DNA from: Candidatus Thorarchaeota archaeon SMTZ1-45
Lineage (GTDB): Archaea; Asgardarchaeota; Thorarchaeia; Thorarchaeales; Thorarchaeaceae
DNA: 19,554 nt
Direction: 5' to 3'
Assembly: GCA_001563335.1 (NCBI GenBank)
Contig: LRSL01000053.1
Span: 1-19,554, forward strand
In this document: positions 15,142 to 19,554 of the stretch, one piece after another
Layout of the letters: every line of letters begins with the position of its first letter
Numbering within the stretch: the stretch's first letter is position 1
Notes under the pieces: model-generated
Seen by the model: only the letters and a program-made list of their open reading frames with translations
The model's database searches: none
Told to the model about the DNA's origin: nothing
Position numbers and translations under genes: made by a program

Positions 15142-16044
15142 GTGGCGGAGCATAAAGAAGATGTACTCCCTGTCATTCATCTGCGGATTCGAGTTTCCAG
15201 ACCAGTGGAGGAAGTCTGGGAAAAATTCTTAGATCCTGTCATTATGCTTCAATGGCTTGGTGATGAGATTAGCGCAGATGTTCGAGTCGGTGGTACTATT
15301 AGATTTCTTGGTCCACACGCTCCTACCACACCTGAAATCGCCAACTATTGGGATATCAAAGAAGTCAAATTTCAGAAAGTCCTTCTTCTTAGTTGGAGAA
15401 TTATGGGTGTTGACACACTTCTAGTCATTAGATTCAATCCCATTGGACCTGGCACAATGATACAAGTGAACCATGGGGCTGTGCCAGTTTCTGCTCGTAA
15501 TTATCATCTTCCTGAGCATTGGAATCTCTTGCTTGCCAATTTCAAGGCTGCAGTTGAGCTTGGAGTTCCAGCAATTCGTTTCAACTACTCAGATTACCAT
15601 CCCTTACGCATTACTCGCTATGATCCAGTCGATGTCCGTCTTAGTGTCATTTGTAAGACCCCTCCCTCACTTCCATTCGATGTATGGACAAATCCTGAGA
15701 AGTTGAAGCATTTCATTCGAGCTGACCATCCTGTGGTTGACCGTCAGTATGCTGGAATCTATACTTGGTGGGCTGAAGGTCAAGGACCTATTGTGTTCAA
15801 AAAGTTGATACCTGACCGTGAGCTAGAGTTCTCATGGGTTCATGGCGATGAACCAGAGACCTTAGTCAATGTACGTTTTGAAGAGGTAAATGATCATACG
15901 TTAGTTACTCTCCACCATCATGATTTCCAATCACCAGAGGCAGTCGTTGGTTATGACATTGGTTGGTCTGGCATCCTCGCTGAATTGAAACTTGTGTGTG
16001 AATTGGGAGAGTCAGGAATCGAGAGAATCAGCGATTGGGGATAA
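15142..16044 (+). CDS. Tandem SRPBCC (AHSA1/START-like) domain protein
   Basis: Two repeats: PVEEVWEKFLDP..W...TMIQVNHG...HWNLLLANFKAAVELG and PSLPFDVWTNPE...TLVTLHHH...GWSGILAELKLVCELG. GTG start after GAGG. Confidence 0.82.
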   Translation: MAEHKEDVLPVIHLRIRVSRPVEEVWEKFLDPVIMLQWLGDEISADVRVGGTIRFLGPHAPTTPEIANYWDIKEVKFQKVLLLSWRIMGVDTLLVIRFNPIGPGTMIQVNHGAVPVSARNYHLPEHWNLLLANFKAAVELGVPAIRFNYSDYHPLRITRYDPVDVRLSVICKTPPSLPFDVWTNPEKLKHFIRADHPVVDRQYAGIYTWWAEGQGPIVFKKLIPDRELEFSWVHGDEPETLVNVRFEEVNDHTLVTLHHHDFQSPEAVVGYDIGWSGILAELKLVCELGESGIERISDWG

Positions 16045-16054
16045 TTCTTTGATT

Positions 16055-16795
16055 CTAGATTGGGAATAATATTGTTCCTGGAAAGAGAAACCACCACATT
16101 GTTATTGCTGTGACCACTGGGATGAAGAAATTATCTGTCCAACCAATACTAAGGAACTCTGCAGCAGTTGTAAACATTGCTATCAATAATATTTGAGGTA
16201 GGACATTGAAGACAACAGTGTCCGGGGAAAATAATACCAATGATGTGATGACTGATAATGCTGTGAATAATAGCACACCAATACTGCCCTCCAGCGACTT
16301 GTTACGATATTTACGTTTGACAAACCTACCTCCATATGGTCGACCAATAACTTCACCAGCAGCATCACCCCATGATACAGCTAAGATTGCTGCTACAAAA
16401 ATCTCAGGTCTTGCAAAGAAAAGGAGGAAAACAGTCGTGAATGAAATTAGCCCCATGAATCCTGAAGCGAATGTATTGAGTCTTGATTCCTCCTCACGAC
16501 TTCCAGCAATCAACAATTCCCAAATTAATTCGCTTTTATGAGCCCAGGCGTACATTAGAATTGTCAGGAAGATACCCACAGCGAATGCAGGTCCACTTAG
16601 ATTTGAGTAAGCAACTACGGTCAAGGCAATGACGGTACCCATTATGATATGAACGAGCTTCCTTGGTTTCCAATGAGGCATTCCTGAGGCAGCCATATAA
16701 TAGGCTGTTGCAAGAACTACTGACACAATAAGTCCAGTGGCAATTGCCATGCCAATGTCCAGCAGGGCTAATTCCCCAAATACAAGATCCACCAT
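16055..16795 (-). CDS. CTP-dependent polyprenol (dolichol/phytol/farnesol) kinase family membrane protein
   Basis: RKLVHI, WGDAAGEVIGRPYG, NKSLEGS and DNFFIP, with multiple TM helices. The start is ATG 16795 or TTG 16804. Confidence 0.85.
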   Translation of the reverse strand: MVDLVFGELALLDIGMAIATGLIVSVVLATAYYMAASGMPHWKPRKLVHIIMGTVIALTVVAYSNLSGPAFAVGIFLTILMYAWAHKSELIWELLIAGSREEESRLNTFASGFMGLISFTTVFLLFFARPEIFVAAILAVSWGDAAGEVIGRPYGGRFVKRKYRNKSLEGSIGVLLFTALSVITSLVLFSPDTVVFNVLPQILLIAMFTTAAEFLSIGWTDNFFIPVVTAITMWWFLFPGTILFPI

Positions 16796-16864
16796 CTTAG
16801 ACAATACTATGGGAACTATGGTAGTATTTCATTATTGCCCCTCTGTATGCTTTGTTTGTTGTGA

Positions 16865-17119
16865 TTAGTCGAGAGGTTCGCCCCTTATTCTCCAACTGGA
16901 TTTTACTATGAATTTAACATAAGTCAGTTGAAACATAACAAAAGCAAAACCAGCAAAGATACCTGCAACAATAGCAGTAATTGGATCAAATAGAATATTG
17001 CCTCTAATAGAGAGGATAACTGAAACTGCACATGTAGAAATTACAAAAATACTGATGTAGAGAAATCTCCCGAGTTTCCTTCCTGAAGGTTGATTAGACT
17101 TTGGTTCTTCGATGGCCAT
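16865..17119 (-). CDS. Hypothetical small membrane protein (2 TM helices, 84 aa)
   Basis: Two hydrophobic stretches flanked by charged residues. ATG 17119 is preceded by GAGG, and the gene is co-oriented with its neighbours. Confidence 0.6.
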   Translation of the reverse strand: MAIEEPKSNQPSGRKLGRFLYISIFVISTCAVSVILSIRGNILFDPITAIVAGIFAGFAFVMFQLTYVKFIVKSSWRIRGEPLD

Positions 17120-17190
17120 TGTTATCTTGCTTTTCCTCGTAAAGAATGAATAAGAGGAGTACCATCCCAGCAACAATTGCGCACATTTGT

Positions 17191-18096
17191 CTAGCTAACA
17201 AGATATCTTGGATGCGGTTTTTCTGGGCGAATCCTGTCCTCAATAAGTACTCCCGAGAGTGCTACATCCACCATTGCAACAGACGGATAAACAATTGGAG
17301 CATCCTTTGCTGGTCCCATCAACACAAAATCAGCTCCAAGGATGACTGGCATAAGACTGGATCCAACTAACGCCGGTTTCTTTGCATCCTTCCCAAATTT
17401 TGGAACAAGTCCTTTCCATGTGCTAATTGCATTATGAGCACCGTTTCCAACCGGAAAGCCATACTTGTCCTTCAGAATTTGTTGTGTTTTACAAGCTATC
17501 CCCAAAGTTGGAAGATCCATAACTCCAGTATCTATCAGGATATTAGAAACTCCTACCGCTTTGGTTCTTTCAATCAGCGAATCCGCTACCTCCACTCTCT
17601 TTGATACAGAAATCATTGACTCTGAGTTAAAAGTCAGGAGTAATGCGTTTGCCAAACCTGTTTCTTTGACCACTCCATAGAGTTCCTCTTTTGTGTCTGG
17701 AGTAAGGGAGTTAATGATGACCCTATCGAGGAAGCCTGCATCTTTTGCATATCTGATTCCAGCAGTATTAACCTCTAGTGAGTCAGACCCATCAATCAAC
17801 AATGGGAATTCCGTCACATCAACAAGATATTGTAAATATACCTCCATAGCTTCTCTTGTTGTAGCAACGACATCTAGCATGGTCCCCAAACCGGTACGTT
17901 CTGTCAAGTCAGTTAGGACATTGAGAAGAGTTTCTGCTGCACTCTTGTCAAACTTCCCTGTAGCAGCATCAGTCACGATGCGGTCGTTGGTGTAGAAGAT
18001 TGAGGGTATGAGAACGGTAGGAATACGACCTGGCAAACCTCCTATTCTGACACCACCAATTTCGAGAGTTCTTTGTTCTGTTCTGTACTCAAACAT
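17191..18096 (-). CDS. mtrH: MtrH/MtgA-family pterin:corrinoid methyltransferase
   Basis: EQRTLEIGGVRIGG..G..PTVLIPSIFY, LLIDG, IINS, ILIDTGV, YGFPVGNGAHNA and GADFVLMGP. Start set at ATG 18096 after SD CAGGAG. Confidence 0.9.
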   Translation of the reverse strand: MFEYRTEQRTLEIGGVRIGGLPGRIPTVLIPSIFYTNDRIVTDAATGKFDKSAAETLLNVLTDLTERTGLGTMLDVVATTREAMEVYLQYLVDVTEFPLLIDGSDSLEVNTAGIRYAKDAGFLDRVIINSLTPDTKEELYGVVKETGLANALLLTFNSESMISVSKRVEVADSLIERTKAVGVSNILIDTGVMDLPTLGIACKTQQILKDKYGFPVGNGAHNAISTWKGLVPKFGKDAKKPALVGSSLMPVILGADFVLMGPAKDAPIVYPSVAMVDVALSGVLIEDRIRPEKPHPRYLVS

Positions 18097-18307
18097 GTGC
18101 AATGCTCCTGATTTCATGCTGTGATTTACTCTTATGAATCCCTCTTTACATATTCTTCCTTTATTGGGTCAGTTCAAATTAGGATTACCAAAATTTGAGA
18201 CAACTGAACTAGAATCCATGCAAAGTTTTGCAAAGAAGATTATGCTTTCATTCAAGTGATTCAGCTATCCGTCTAGATTTATCTGTGTACAAGCGCTTCT
18301 TTGAACT

Positions 18308-19225
18308 GTGATAAAAATGAGGAATATCCCATTTATTCAAACATCTGTCTTCGTCGATAAAAGGTATGATTTTGGTGGTAATCAGCTAGCAACATTCTGG
18401 AATGCTGAAACAAATAAGACTTTGACAAACGAAGAGTTGCAAGGCATCACTAGAGAGATGAACTACTCGGAAACCACATTCGTATTTGATTCTAAAAGGA
18501 AAGACTGTCTTGCTAAAGTGCGGATTTTCACGCCTCATAGTGAAATCCAGTTTGCTGGTCATCCCACACTAGGAACTGCATATGCTCTCCGACGAAAGAA
18601 GATTGTTGCTTCCAAAACTGACAAAATTCGGTTAGAACTAGGAATAGGACCAATTGATGTGGAGTTTCTGGGAAAGGAAATCATAAGCATGAAACAGAAA
18701 TCGCCTGAGTTTCTTGAAGAATTGGAAAACCCTAGAGCAATTATGAAAGCAATAGGCTTACCAGAGAAATCAATCTCAGAAGATTATCCAGTAAGATATG
18801 TTTCTACAGGCAATGCCTTCCTGATAATACCACTGAAATCTCTTGCATCAGTACAAAGAGCATCTCCAAATCCCTCTTTAATAGTAAAAGCTCTTCAAGG
18901 AGAGATCTCACAAGATGTATTGATTTTCACCACTGAAACAATAAATGCTGATGCAAATGCACACGCGAGGATGTTTGCTCCTGCATCGGGTATACTTGAA
19001 GATCCTGCAACTGGAAGTGCTATTGGTCCTTTGGGTGCATACCTCGAACATCATGATGTTCTCGCATCACATAGTCTTGGTGACGTTATTGTGGTTGAAC
19101 AGGGTCATGAGATGAACCGACCAAGTAAACTGAAAGTCCAACTCGTAAGGAAAAAGCAAAAGATTGACGTTTTGGTCTCTGGAAGAATCAGGACTATGGC
19201 GGAGGGCACATTCTACCTGAAATGA
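18308..19225 (+). CDS. PhzF-family (DAP-epimerase-like) isomerase
   Basis: GGNQLA, NYSETTF, RIFTP..EIQFAGHPTLG, ARMFAP..G..EDPATGSA and EQG.EM.RPS. The start is GTG 18308 or ATG 18317. Confidence 0.92.
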   Translation: MIKMRNIPFIQTSVFVDKRYDFGGNQLATFWNAETNKTLTNEELQGITREMNYSETTFVFDSKRKDCLAKVRIFTPHSEIQFAGHPTLGTAYALRRKKIVASKTDKIRLELGIGPIDVEFLGKEIISMKQKSPEFLEELENPRAIMKAIGLPEKSISEDYPVRYVSTGNAFLIIPLKSLASVQRASPNPSLIVKALQGEISQDVLIFTTETINADANAHARMFAPASGILEDPATGSAIGPLGAYLEHHDVLASHSLGDVIVVEQGHEMNRPSKLKVQLVRKKQKIDVLVSGRIRTMAEGTFYLK

Positions 19226-19430
19226 AACTTATCAATGCTAACAATTCGATATCCTATTACACTACTATCTTGATTCTTATGTGTAAAATTTAATTGTGAT
19301 AAAGCGCTAATTTGGGACTTATATTGCTTATTAAGGTTGAATTGAAGCTTGGGCAGAATCGACTCGCAGAAGAAATGGTAATTCTAGAAGAACTGGTCGA
19401 GATATCTCAAAAAGAAGGTACTAAATTCCT

Positions 19431-19553
19431 TCAGCCTTTTATAGTTAATATCTTAAAACCATTGAAGGTCAAGTAGGTCTGATTGAAATCAACATATAAT
19501 GTTCCCAAATCATCTTTCAAAGTTGAGAATCCTTTGTCTTTGTAGAATAAATC
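19431..19553 (-). CDS. Possible 3' end of a gene truncated by the window edge
   Basis: Frame open from the edge for 40 codons (DLFYKDKGFSTLKDDLGTLYVDFNQTYLTFNGFKILTIKG*). No recognisable motif. Confidence 0.35.
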   Translation of the reverse strand, partial: DLFYKDKGFSTLKDDLGTLYVDFNQTYLTFNGFKILTIKG

Positions 19554-19554
19554 C

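Noticed and set aside
16803-16828. Inverted repeat AATACTA/TAGTATT at the kinase start
   Set aside because: It is only 7 bp and AT-rich, which is too weak without comparative support.
591-17995. Numerous short ORFs in the track lying antisense or out of frame within larger genes (e.g. 591-1016, 4398-4703, 10480-10863, 12878-13228, 16206-16541, 17693-17995)
   Set aside because: They are nested in well-supported genes, have no motifs, and show the composition typical of shadow frames.
18308-19225. Phenazine biosynthesis
   Set aside because: PhzF-family genes are widespread as singletons, and no phzA/B/D/E/G genes are present.
1-19554. tRNA, rRNA, CRISPR array, transposase or integrase
   Set aside because: Intergenic gaps are short and AT-rich, with no cloverleaf, spaced direct repeats, terminal repeats or recombinase motifs seen by eye.

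Overview
This is a gene-dense, AT-rich window that is probably archaeal. An Asgard/Thorarchaeia-like origin is inferred from a stand-alone MtrH, a short polyprenol-kinase-family gene, and a solute-binding protein with a Pro/Thr linker plus C-terminal membrane anchor. The core (about 1.5-16.0 kb) is a divergently transcribed acyl/lipid-processing island. Leftward it encodes a Liv-type ABC importer (livG-F-H-M, with an enlarged LivM), an alpha/beta hydrolase, a KAS III (FabH-like) enzyme, an acyl-CoA ligase, a second alpha/beta hydrolase and the substrate-binding protein. Rightward it encodes a second acyl-CoA ligase, a second KAS III, a MaoC/PhaJ-type hydratase, an unannotated 27-codon ORF and a tandem SRPBCC protein. 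Both KAS III paralogs keep the catalytic Cys but have lost the canonical His/Asn pair (Cys-Thr-Tyr and Cys-Arg-His). No ACP or ketoreductase is present in the window, which points to an uncharacterised CoA-dependent, non-decarboxylative acyl-transfer or condensation pathway. Flanking genes are a REC-coiled coil-GAF-PAS signalling protein without an output domain, a CTP-dependent polyprenol kinase, a small membrane protein, an orphan mtrH and a PhzF-family isomerase. I saw no RNA genes, CRISPR arrays or mobile elements. All calls come from reading motifs by eye; no searches were run.
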